A stretch of DNA of 63,597 nucleotides, counting the filler, from Collodictyon triciliatum (Eukaryota), in the NCBI GenBank assembly GCA_043381765.1. It is 12 parts of 12 records of this genome, joined end to end, with 100 filler letters (N's around TTAATTAATTAA, not from the genome) between each part and the next. Parts side by side here need not be neighbours in the genome. Positions count along the whole stretch, not along the records: positions 49,749 to 54,921 come from JBHJMP010005409.1; positions 55,022 to 60,192 come from JBHJMP010005410.1; positions 60,293 to 63,597 come from JBHJMP010005453.1; 9 more parts are not named here. One strand, 5' to 3'. The position numbers were made by a program, and so were the translations under genes. The notes under the pieces are model-generated. The model was not told where the DNA came from. It ran no database searches and saw only the letters and a program-made list of their open reading frames with translations. Every line of letters starts with the position of its first letter. Positions within the stretch are counted from its first letter, which is position 1. Shown here in pieces: positions 52,620-63,597 of this stretch.

Positions 52620-54170
52620 GCATCTAGGGCTTAAATAGGGGATGGCGAATATCATGCGGCTCTTTTCACATACATCTCTTCCATTGATATCACAGTATGG
52701 AAGAATGAGTGTACGTCAGCAAGCTATTCAAGAGGCTGTATTGGACAAGGCTTTCCCGCCTGGATAGATAGATTTCTCGTCTCATCAAGTAATACGCTGA
52801 AAGAAGCACCCATACCACATGAGGACCGCATCATATGTCTTCCTTGTGACTTCCCACAGCATCCTAGAGTAGTGTGGCATTTGGTATTGCGCGCAAAATA
52901 GGATGTTGGAGGTCTGAGTTGATCAGGAGCACAATCAATCTGGCACATCTTCTTGTGAGCGGATTCGATTACTTTTTGAGAGAGCACTAAATAAGCGTGA
53001 ATTCGATTGGGTTGTATCCAATGGGGCTCACGCTGCATCGTGGGGAAGTTATTGTTGCATGGAATACACGCACAGCTATCTAGAGCTCTCCATCACCGAT
53101 ATTGAGCAGTAAAGTACAGTATCTTGAAATTCGGGCGAGTGCGATGGATAAGATGCCAGAATACTCGCTGTCAAAATCCTTTCGGATGGGTAAGCATATT
53201 TGTCCACCATCTCATCGCGAGCGATGTCCATGCAATACCAGGCGTTATGGGTCCCAGTCCTCCCTCTGTAGGTGGCTTAGTGAGCGTCTTGATATTATAT
53301 TCTGATTATTCGTAGTGATGAAGTTGCGGCAGATGTCTTCCAGCTCCTTCAGCCTCTTGAGGTTCAGCAAAGTGCCTTTCATGTGGTAGATAAGGGTCGA
53401 CACCATCACTTGGTTCCAGAACCTTACTTTCCCCACGTCCGAGAGATGAAAGTTGCTCCACACTGATATTTTCGACTTGATGTCCTCAACCGGGCTTGTC
53501 CATTTGTTATCCGATTGTGGACCGAAGATGATACCAAGATACTTGAGTGGATGTGACGGTGGCTTCCACACGATGTTCCCTAGAAACATATGTGCATCCT
53601 GAAAACCGAAAAGAATTCCATCTGTCTTGTCGTAGTTGATTCTTCTGCTGACAGCTCGTGTGTATTCTTGCATGCATTTGTTGGCGAGTGTGGCGCCTTC
53701 GGGAGACCGTAAGATGAATGCTATGTCGTCTGCATATTGAAGTAGCAGTTGGTTGTGCACCTTGTTTTGGTTTCGAAAGTGGTTTGCAAGGCAGTCAGCG
53801 ACAAAGTTGCAGAGCAGTGGTGCAAGTGGGCAGCCTTGATACACCCCGCTCTGTCTTTGAATTGCATCAGTATGTCCGTGTGCCGTGGGTATCCTCGCTG
53901 TTGCATTGTCGTGCAGTTTCTTGATAAGACTGGTGAATCCGGTGCAGAAGCCTCTTTTGTGTAGGATGGTTTCCAGTGCTTCATGTTTCACATAGTCGTA
54001 TGCTTTCTCCAGGTCGTAGAAAATCACAGCGACGGGTGTCCCGCTTACTTGATATTCCATGTACTCTTTGTTGACAAACCAGGTGTTTGTGTCGATGTTC
54101 CTTCCGTTCATGAAGCCAATCTGCTCTTTGGATATGAGTTGGTCGGTGATGGGTAATATGCGATTTCTGA
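52620..54170 (-). mobile_element. 5'-truncated, degenerate non-LTR retrotransposon (L1/Tx1-like RT)
   Basis: RT motifs ISKEQIGFMNGRNI, FYDLEKAYDYV, GVYQGCPLAPLL, LQYADDI, INYDKT, LKYLGI. After a frameshift comes PTEGGLG and then an in-frame TGA. No endonuclease domain is present. Confidence 0.92.
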
Positions 54171-54647
54171 GTAATTAATAAGGCAGTACAGCATCGACGC
54201 GCGTCAACTGGGGTGTTGAAACTAGATGGTCTGTAACTTTTGGAATTTTTTTTTATTTTTTATGTATTTATTGGTTTAAGATTTGGCGTAACAATCATAT
54301 TGTTATGTATATTTAGTGCGGATTAAACAGACTTTCCTTCGTTTTCAATTTTTGTGTTTGTTTCGTCGATTTCCTCCCGAAAGCCAAAGTGTGCTTCTGC
54401 ATACTTAGAATGGTATCAGTTACAAAAGTCCAGAAACCGCAAAAGCCGCCCCGATCGAAGTAGCAACAGCAACAAGCAAAAGCTAATTACCTATTCAACC
54501 AGACAGTAAACATCTTTTTCGTGTCTTCCAATACACTTATGCCTCACCAACCTTCTTATGACAACACGGAAGATTATCCTCTTGTTTCCCGCACCCGTAT
54601 TTTTTGGTTGTTTTAGTTTGTTTTAGTTTGTTTTGCTTTTCATATCC

Positions 54648-54727
<80 letters not shown>

Positions 54728-55221
54728 TCACTCTCATTATTTTATTAAAAAAAAATCTCACATTCTTTTTGCTGTCTCATGCGAGGCTTCTGATAACCTT
54801 CCATAAAATAATTACTCTTATAGTTACAATTTAAAACAGAAAACAAAAAACAAAAAACAAAAAACAAAAAACAAAAAACAAAAAACAAAAAACAAAAAAA
54901 AAAAAACAAAAAAAAAAAAACNNNNNNNNNNNNNNNNNNNNNNNNNNNNNNNNNNNNNNNNNNNNTTAATTAATTAANNNNNNNNNNNNNNNNNNNNNNN
55001 NNNNNNNNNNNNNNNNNNNNNAGAAAAAGAAAAAGAAAAAGAAAAAGAAAAAGAAAAAGAAAAAGAAAAAGAAAAAGAAAAAGAAAAAGAAAAAGAAAAA
55101 GAAAAAGAAAAAGAAAAAGAAAAAGAAAAAGAAAAAGAAAAGGAAAAGGAAAAGGAAAAGGAAAAGGAAAAGGAAAAGAGGGGCTTTTACCATGACCCTT
55201 GGTGGTTGACAATCTTCTCCG

Positions 55222-58200
55222 CTAGTGCCGATAAGGGCCTTGGTAGGACGAGTCGCGGCTTTGATTATAATGGTCGAACGTGTAGTAGTCTTGCTGCTCT
55301 CCAAAGTCCACTGCATCGAAACAGTCATCATTCCTTGGCTTGTGGCGCTTGCGGTCTCTGTCTTCGTCCCTGTCGAGTTCCCTGTGTGAATGTGCAGCAA
55401 AGGAGGTGTCTCTGTCTCTCGACTTGTCTCTGGCTGGTTCTCGCAGCCTTTTTTCCTTATCTCGGTCCTGTTCGCGAACAAGCTTCACATCGCGGTCCTT
55501 ATCTCTATCTTTGCTGCGGTCAGACTCCCGGTCTTTCTTGATGTCCTTCTCCTTGCTTCTCTCGGGGTCTCGTGTTTTTGGATTTTCTTTATCTTTTTCC
55601 TTGTCAGGCCGCTTGTCCTTCTCAATGTCACGGGGACGATTGGCATCCTTCTCTTTCCCTTTATCCTTTTCGTGTTCAGGACGCTTGTCCTTACCTGAAT
55701 CCCTTTTGAGGTGTTCTTCCTTGTCCTTTCCTTTATCTTTTTCCTTGTCCTTACTCTTATCTTTGTCAGTCCGTTTATCCTTATCAGAGTCATGCGGACG
55801 TTGGCTTTCTTTTTCCTTTCCCATGTCCTTTTCTTTTCCTTGCTCAGGGCGTTTCTCTTTGCCTGAATCTTTTTGTGAGTGACTCTCCTTTTCTGGTCGC
55901 TTCTCTTTGTCTGATTCACGAGGTCGATGACTTTCTCTTCCTTTGTCTTTTTCGTGTTCGGGACGTTTGTCCTTATCAGAACCCCGTTTTAAGGAGTTTT
56001 CTTTCTCCTTCTCACTAGCCTTATCTCTGTCAGTCCGTTTATCCTTATCAGAGTCATGCGGACGTTGACTTTCTTTTTCCCTTCCCATGTCCTTTTCTTT
56101 TCCTTGCTCAGGACGTTTCTCTTTGCCTGAATCTCTTTGTGAGTGACTCTCCTTTTCCTTTTCTGGTCGCTTCTCCTTATCTGATTCACGAGTTCGATGA
56201 TTGCCCTTTTCTCTTCCTTTGTCTCTATCATGGTCGGGTTGGCCATCTTTATCAAAGCCATGAGTATGACGAGCTTCACCCACCTTTTCATTTTCCTTGC
56301 CTTTCTCCTTGCTTCGTTCATGGTAGGCTTCTTTGTCAGTGTTTTTGCTTTTTGAGCTGCTGCCTCCACTCCCGCCCATAGCCGTGCTTTTGTCTCTATT
56401 ATGGTGGTCCCGCTCTTTTTCTCGCGTGATATTGTCACGGGTATGGCGTGATTCTTTTTCTTTTTCTTTGTCGCCGGCTTTGTCACGGGATGAATTGCGA
56501 GACTCTTTCTGGTCTTCTTGACGACTTCCCTTGCGAGATGATGAACTGCGAGCTGAACTTACTGCTTCCTCCTGGTAAGGAGTCAAGGTTGTGGCAGTAA
56601 TGTCTCGACTGGGATTTCTGTCGGTATCTTGCGAGTGGTGGTGCCCTTTGGCGCCCAATGTGTCATCACGGATACTGCCCTCGGACATGATTCCATCATG
56701 CGCTCTGGTTCTTGCTTGGTTGGTGCTGCTCGACAGACCTTCAAATGGTTCGTTTTGTGGTTGCACTTGATAATTGATATATACTCTTTCGTCGGCAATC
56801 TCCGTACGAGTCTCGTCCCTGTTCGAATTCTCCTCATCATATGATCTGTTTCCATATGAGCCTATACTGTCCTTGCGGGGGGGTTCATCTAATTCTTCCA
56901 AAAACTCGTCTCGTTTATGATCATTTTGGAATAGCTTCATGTCCTTTTCTTGGTTAAGGCCGAGGCTCGCATTTGGGTATCTCTCCTTTGATGGCTCATT
57001 TTTGCCCATTGGGGGGACTGCCTGAATCGGTAGTGCCCCAAATTCTATGGTTGACATTAAATAATAGAATAGAATTACAAAAAATTGATAATGTGCATAA
57101 AAAGAAGTTATTTGTTTCATATTATTTTATTTCATATTTCCATTTAGATTGGTATGAATTATAAAGTATTGTATTTTGTCTGGCTTTTATCAAAAATATT
57201 TTGAATATGAATCTTCTATCGCGTTATTTGTTTGTTCATTTTTTATCTTTATCGTTTACAAAGAGAAAAAAATATCTAATTCATACGCGGGAAAAAGGGC
57301 TGCATCACAAATCCTTGTCCTCGGAACCCCATTTGGGCCTCAGGGTGAACTTGTGGTAGAAAAGGATAACCCAGAAGTCCAGGGGTGTTCATGGCCTGCC
57401 ACATCATCCCACCCTGTCCAAGAACAGGGTTCAATATGGGAATGCTTGGTCCATCTTGTTTCAGCCTAGAACCAGTGAATGCGTTGTTACCAGAACTAGC
57501 TCTGCTTGCTTCCTTCTTTTGACGATCGGAGTTTGAGTTTGAGTTTGAGTTTGAGTTTGACGCATCGGAGTTTCTGTTGCTCCTCCCAGTTTGTCCGTGA
57601 GAGGATGAATGCTGGTTGGATGATCGGCGACGTTCCTCTTCATCACGCCCTTCCTTTCTCGTTGATGAGGACTGAGTCTTTCTATCCGACGTGTCATCCC
57701 GTGAAGACCTCTTTCGGTCTGACCCTCGGCTGCTGCCGTTTCGTTGTTGAGATGAGGATGATTGGCCTCGTGCTGGATTTATGAGAAGGATTTGGTTGTT
57801 GGTAAAATATCTGCTGTTGATTATTTGTCATGGCGGCGTGTCCTCGTTGGTTCAAGTTGAACCAATGTATGGCCACAAGAAGCAAGAAGCAAGAAGCAAG
57901 AAGCAAGAAGCAAGAAGCAAGAAGCAAGAAGCATGAAAAGAGAAATAAGGAGAAGAGAAGAAAAAAGATACCTCCAGGATTTTTGAAGAGGCGAATTTTG
58001 TCGCTGAGCGAGCGATTTAGAACAAGCTTTTCTGGGGGAAAGTTTTTTGCGCAATTTGGGCATTCTATGGTATGATCTGCAATAATAACAAATTGCTTCA
58101 GTCAAGGGTCGCTTATACTGTATCACCATTTTTACAACTGTCCGAATTAGTTCGTGTAAAACTTTAGTATTTCTCAATAAATGAATGAATAAATAAATGA

Positions 58201-58927
58201 AAAGTAAACGAACGAAGAAACTACAAGGGAAAAAAAAAAGAAAATATATGAGGGCCTTTTAAAAGGAGTTATCTAGCTAATTTTTCTACACATAAACATG
58301 CTTGAAAGTAATTTACCGATGGAAACCAAGTTTTGAAGACAATAATCACAGTAGTTCGATTTACAACATGGAGTTGATGTGGGGTCTGTCAAAATCTCCT
58401 TGCATTTTGGGCATATATATTCTGCTGGCGCGGAGGACTTGTCAACCCTGGCAGTAGTTTTTTGGTCCCTGTCATATTACGTTTTTTCAAGTCAAATCAA
58501 TGTAAACCCGATCATGTCAGTCCGCTATGAATGTGAATAAAGAAACTCTTTTGTCTCGATTTATTCGTTTTAGATACAGTACAAGAATAAATAATAGAAG
58601 AGTAATGTACGCCTATTAAGGCTCTATAAAAAGAGGGGAGGGGAGGGGAGGGGAGGGGATTACTAACGGAACTTAACAGTGTAATAAATAACAAGTAGAG
58701 GATGATGGAGAAGGAGAACAGAATGGACTGCAAAGATGATTGAGTGCTAAATTGGAGGTTTTTAGCCCTGAGAATATCATTGACTATCATACATTTTTGG
58801 CACGTCGATGAAGTATTGGCCATTTCCCATTGGAATTGCACCTCTGTGGTCCTCCGATACTTGTCTGAAGTTTGACCGTGGAATTCCCTGTGGGTTTTTT
58901 TGATATTTTAGGAGGAGGGGATTAAAA

Positions 58928-59022
<95 letters not shown>

Positions 59023-59665
59023 GGGGAGACCTTTTACTCTAATTGGAATTGAATTAGAATAAATTATTTGCTAATTGAATATATGTATGTATACTGCACG
59101 TACATACTGAGACATTTAAAAAAATTTTAAAAAATATATCTCGTACCCTTGGGAGTTGGGAACTCTGAAAGAGGGCGTTTGAATCCCCGCGCTTGGGACA
59201 AGACTTTGCATCATGTCCTGTTTTGTTACACTTTGGGCACGAGCCCTGGTGAAATGGAAATATTAAATAAAATGTATCAAATGAGCACATAGAAGGGGCA
59301 GGTAAAGCATGGAATAAACAATCCACAGAATCATCATCATCATAATAATAATATTCACACATTCTGTGTTGATTGTATGAGTAATCTAATTACATCTCTC
59401 CCAGTTGGTTCGTTGATACTGGTAGTGTTTCGGTCATTGTCGTCGTCACCTGGAGTAGGATTATAAAACGTAATGAAAATTGGTAATAATTCAATTATGG
59501 GTCTTACGCTTGAATGAGGTCTTGTATCCTTTACGATTAGACTTATGGTTTGGGGGAACTCACTGTCGTTTGGCTTCTTTGTATCATTCATACGACTAGA
59601 TTTTGACACTAGCTTGACAATCACGCGCGCATCGTTTCGAATTAACTCAGTTTCTTCCGTGTATT
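55222..59665 (-). CDS. RBBP6: E3 ubiquitin ligase / 3'-end processing factor RBBP6 (Mpe1) homolog, 5' partial
   Basis: DWNN tail EYTEETELIRNDARVIVK, zinc knuckle CPKCNKTGHDAKSCP, TGIPRS motif, RING-like EYICPKCKEILTDPTSTPCCKSNYCDYC, and a long K/E/R/D/S-rich last exon (55222-~57060). Confidence 0.88.
58928..59022. repeat. (AAT)n microsatellite in an RBBP6 intron
   Basis: Read directly from the sequence. Confidence 0.97.
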
Positions 59666-60420
59666 CTATAGTAATTTTAGTATGTAAGAGAGTGTGTATC
59701 ATTTGTCGTCATCATTCCCTTTGATCCTTTTGTTTAACCCTCGGCAAGCAAACAAATTGAGTGAGAACTTATAGTTTGTGGACAGGTTTGAATATGATAA
59801 AGTACGATAATAAAGAATAGCATGTAGAGTAGCCATGTTTCAAATAGAAATGTTGGACGTATGAGGGAAAATCCTTTCTCTTTTCTTTCTAACACGTGTT
59901 GGTTAGATGTAATTGAGTGCAGAACTTTCATCATAATTTGGTAGCATACATACAAAATAATTGCTTGGTGTGTACAAGTGTGCATATAAGCTCATGTATA
60001 AGCAGCAATTTCTCTTTACAAGAAAAGCTGTGGAAGACTTAACATTGCGCTTCTTGTCAAAGAAAGAGAAAGACAAAGACAAAGACAAAGACAAAGAGAA
60101 AGAGAAAGAGAAAGAGAAAGAGAAAGAGAAAGAGAAAGAGAAAGAGAAAGAGAAAGAGAAAGAGAAAGAGAAAGAGAAAGAGAAAGAGAAAGNNNNNNNN
60201 NNNNNNNNNNNNNNNNNNNNNNNNNNNNNNNNNNNNTTAATTAATTAANNNNNNNNNNNNNNNNNNNNNNNNNNNNNNNNNNNNNNNNNNNNTTTTACTT
60301 TTTTACTTTTTTACTTTTTTACTTTTTTACTTTTTTACTTTTTTACTTTTTTACTTTTTTACTTTTTTACTTTTATTATGTGAATTATTCACTTTTACAA
60401 TAATGATTAAAAAAAATTAC

Positions 60421-60657
60421 CAAAAATGTTAGCCATTTGTTCGTCTGGAACTTTGCCTCCACTTCACGGAGAATGGCTGCATCGGCGTCCTGAACATTCT
60501 CATTCCTATTCCAGACAGCAGACAAGTCACCAACATCCATCAACCCAGCTGATGCTGTGGAAGAGAGAGACATGCGCTTCGTGTCTCGATTCAGCTTGTC
60601 ATAGCCAGTCCCGCCAGTCTCTTTCTTCAGTCTGTTCAACTCTGTATCATACGACAT
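60421..60657 (-). CDS. First exon of a hypothetical protein
   Basis: MSYDTELNRLKKETGG...EVEAKFQTNKWLTFL is followed by a GTAATT donor running into the terminal microsatellite. Confidence 0.45.
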
Positions 60658-61754
60658 CTCCTTAACTGTCCAGCGGCTCTCTATTGTTCCTTTATATTTT
60701 GGATGCATGTATGAACCAATTAGTTGTCAGGTATTAAAACCACTACATACGTATTCATCACAACGAGTTGGAGTGATATTTTCTAGACAGGGTCTGAGTT
60801 CATAAATATCTTAGTCAAAAGTGGTACATATATCAGTACATAACGCCACAGAAAAGAGATTGCCGATCCACAAGAGCGTCCCAAATTAATATACTACTTT
60901 CAAAGGTTTACCACCGCATGCAAGGGACTTTACCTCTTGCAGTACTTAGTATTTAAGCAGTGAAGAAATTGAGGGGAGGTTAAATCTCTGCTGCAGTTAA
61001 TTGGCTAGTAAGACAGAAAGGAAAAGGCCAAGTCAAGAGAGCAGGGGATGGGGTGTAGGACTACAGAGCCAACTTTCTCTTGCCCTTCTTGCTCCCTCTG
61101 TATTCGATAAGTAAGACAGCAATACCAAGAGCGTGTGGTGTGTTTCTGTGTCGATGGTGCGACAATAAGAGTATGTGTGTCCCAGATAGCACAGCCGTGA
61201 AAATTATGGAGTTGGTAAAGAGTTATGCGCCTGGTGAAGCCGAGGGCTCGTGGGTTTGTGGGCGGGTGCTTCTGCTAGCGCTGCCGGTAAGTGGTACTTC
61301 TGCGATGCCTGTGCGAAAGGGGGTGCAAATTATCGCCAAATCCACGCGGTGATGTATTCCGAACCTGTCAAGCACTCCAGGGGAGAATCAGGACATTCAA
61401 TGAAATACGAGTCTGTGGGGCGATGGGCTAATAGATGCGTTCGTTGTAACCGTCCAATATGTCCAATTATGCAATTGTATTCCGTTGAATCCAAAGTTGG
61501 GCTGGTTTTCCATATGAAATACGAGACTAATAAATGTTCATTGAAGAGATTGGTATTTCAAATGAGACAGGGTTTCATAATATTGAAAATATATTTTACT
61601 ATTGGAATTAGATCCTGCCCATTATTATAATAATCTAGTATAGTTAAATCAAATATATTCCATATTAAGATGATACTTCTGGATTTGATAAGGCAAAAAA
61701 AAAAAACTGCCTCATGGCATAGAATCTGTTGCGGCCATCTCAAGCATTTTTACA

Positions 61755-61875
61755 TTGTACTAGGAGTACACCATCTTTCGATCGGTAAACCTGGTGTGCT
61801 AGTATCCAAGGTCTCACCACTTTTTTCACAAAGATTGTGTAATGGCGAAGGCTGCCAGGAATGACCCAACAACCT
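61755..61875 (-). ncRNA. Candidate Fanzor omega-RNA scaffold
   Basis: Three consecutive stem-loops lie directly 3' of the Fanzor ORF. The first two have seven G-U pairs that form only on the minus strand. Confidence 0.65.
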
Positions 61876-61887
61876 TTTTTTTTTTTT

Positions 61888-63597
61888 AGAGGAAGGTGTA
61901 TGCATATTTTGAAGAATTGGAAGAACTTTGTTGAGTATATTATAGGCGCTTTTAAAGTCCCTTGTCAAGAATACACTTTGTTTGCTTTCTGAGCGATTGC
62001 ATTCTTTACATATGAGACATCTATACTCCTTTTTTTGAATTTCCTTTCAGTATTATATATTCTAGTTCTTTTTCGCAGTGGCGACACATCTTGGAGGTTC
62101 TAAATTCACCTACACTAATTTTTCAAAACGTTTGGATGGTATTTTTCGTAATCCCCTTCCGATTGTTGGCTTATAATGCTTCATCGGACATTTTCTGCTC
62201 CAGTCTCCATACGCCGGCATAACGTCCTTGCCAAATGTCTTTTCGATTCGGTTCATAAACAACTGTTCACTTCTTTTTGTTTTAACACACTGTCTCCATC
62301 TCATCTTTCGAAAAGTCACTTGCTCATAAAATCTGAATGATTATATCTGGTATCTTGATTCCATAAATACATATTTTCTATTTATTTTTTTTCATAATCG
62401 ACCGTGCATGAATTATGTTTACTCAGTCCTGTCTCTAAATCGATTAAAGATACTCTTGATGTCTCAAACTGCTGATTCTCTTCAAAAGTCCTGAGACCAA
62501 AAGAAACAGCACTTTGTAAATCTGTTGTCATGCATATACCAAAATGATTGTACTTTACTTTTTTATTTTCGCGCAAGAGTATTTTGTGATTTTTAAGAGA
62601 TTTGCTATAATGTCTTCTTTGGTGAGCCGTGTAACGTAATTTCTTACCTGTCTCATCTACCATGTAAACCAAATTAAACTTGCCTGCGTCCACTCCAACT
62701 ATTTTTTTCCCTAATAAAGATAACTGCTCTTTGGAAAGTTCATCTATATAAACATATTATTGGTTCTTTTGATTATATTTGATTCTTGAATTTGAAATAC
62801 CTTTCTTCTCTAACAAAATGACACCACCAAGCCGTCTGTTTGTATCATGTATGTAAAATAGTAGTCTCTTTGATGAAATATCCTCTTCTTCATTTCAAAG
62901 AACTCATCCCATATGGTCTCTTTGCATCCTGATACATTCTTCAGTAATAATTTTTTTTACAGATGATACTAATAGATCAATCAAACATGCAGTAGCTAGA
63001 GTAATATGACATGGTATATTGTTAGTTCTTATAGAGATTGGTTGAAGCAGTTTGGTCCCAATGTCATCAAAAATGTGATTCATGTAAATCAGACATGGAA
63101 TGTACTTATTTGGAATGACTTTGACGTCATATTCGATACCTTTTACAATATCGCTGGTTATGATATGATGCTAACGCGTTGTAGCCCATCCTTTATATTG
63201 TTCCGGTATTTCGAGTTTCTTGAAGATGGCTTTTTTTTAACCTTCGTAACTCCGCCTTTTTAATAGCTTCTGTAATATTCTCATCTTAAGGAACTATTTG
63301 GTTTATAAAGCGCAGTAACCTCTTTACAAAATGTTCCCTTATGTTATTATGATAAGTTGCTAGCACTTGCTTCGCTAAGTACGGTAATACATGAGACGGT
63401 CCAACCAACGGAAAGCGTTCTTCTCGGGACAAAAGGAATCGAAAATCATATAGATAGAAAGCCATCATATCTTTACTCAAACCTGGATGGTTTAAAAATG
63501 CGGGTCTATCTTGTGGAACTATTCCGACTGTCTTTAAAGCGTACAAAAAAAAAAAACACATTTCATCGATTGTTGGGTGTTGTTGTGCTTTCAATAT
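61888..63597 (-). pseudogene. Fanzor1 (eukaryotic TnpB/Cas12-related RNA-guided nuclease), inactivated; the 5' end lies beyond the window
   Basis: Motifs in order: NNIREHFVKRL, YDVKVIPNKYI, QPISIR...IP, MIQTDG, RuvC-I VGVDAG, KLRYTAHQRR, YGDWS, PTIGRGLRK, RuvC-II EFRTSKMCRHC, CKEC, RuvC-III TRDFKSAYNIL. Premature stops at 63286 and 63171, plus several frameshifts. Confidence 0.9.

Noticed and set aside
63171-63288. In-frame TAA/TAG in Fanzor as evidence of an alternative genetic code
   Set aside because: Frameshifts co-occur, and conserved host genes end in TAA, TAG and TGA, so the code is standard and the gene is decayed.

Overview
This is not contiguous DNA. It is 12 short contigs of an AT-rich, intron-rich, microsatellite-laden eukaryote (probably a protist, standard genetic code), joined by 100-nt spacers of N44-TTAATTAATTAA-N44. 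Neighbourhood therefore means something only within a contig. Splicing by hand recovers ALG10, ENY2, METTL4, VPS50, RBBP6/Mpe1, a 7-knuckle CNBP-like gene, a Nudix hydrolase, a golgin-like coiled-coil protein, a tandem PHB-depolymerase-like locus, two paralogous LRR genes, an Rdx-like/CHORD-like fusion, a degenerate sulfotransferase and a dead non-LTR retrotransposon. Four observations stand out. (1) A decayed Fanzor1 (eukaryotic TnpB-like RNA-guided nuclease) is followed immediately by three closely spaced hairpins, the first two rich in G-U pairs that form only on the Fanzor strand: a candidate omega-RNA. (2) An intronless protein of more than 1,700 aa fuses near-identical WD40 repeats, hypervariable only at propeller-top positions, to a long extracellular-type Cys-rich stalk, like a variable receptor. 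(3) The PHB-depolymerase locus can splice into a two-domain enzyme whose second domain has Thr in place of the catalytic Ser. (4) The LRR family is built partly from single-repeat 69-nt phase-0 exons. All family calls come from manual motif recognition; no database search was run.
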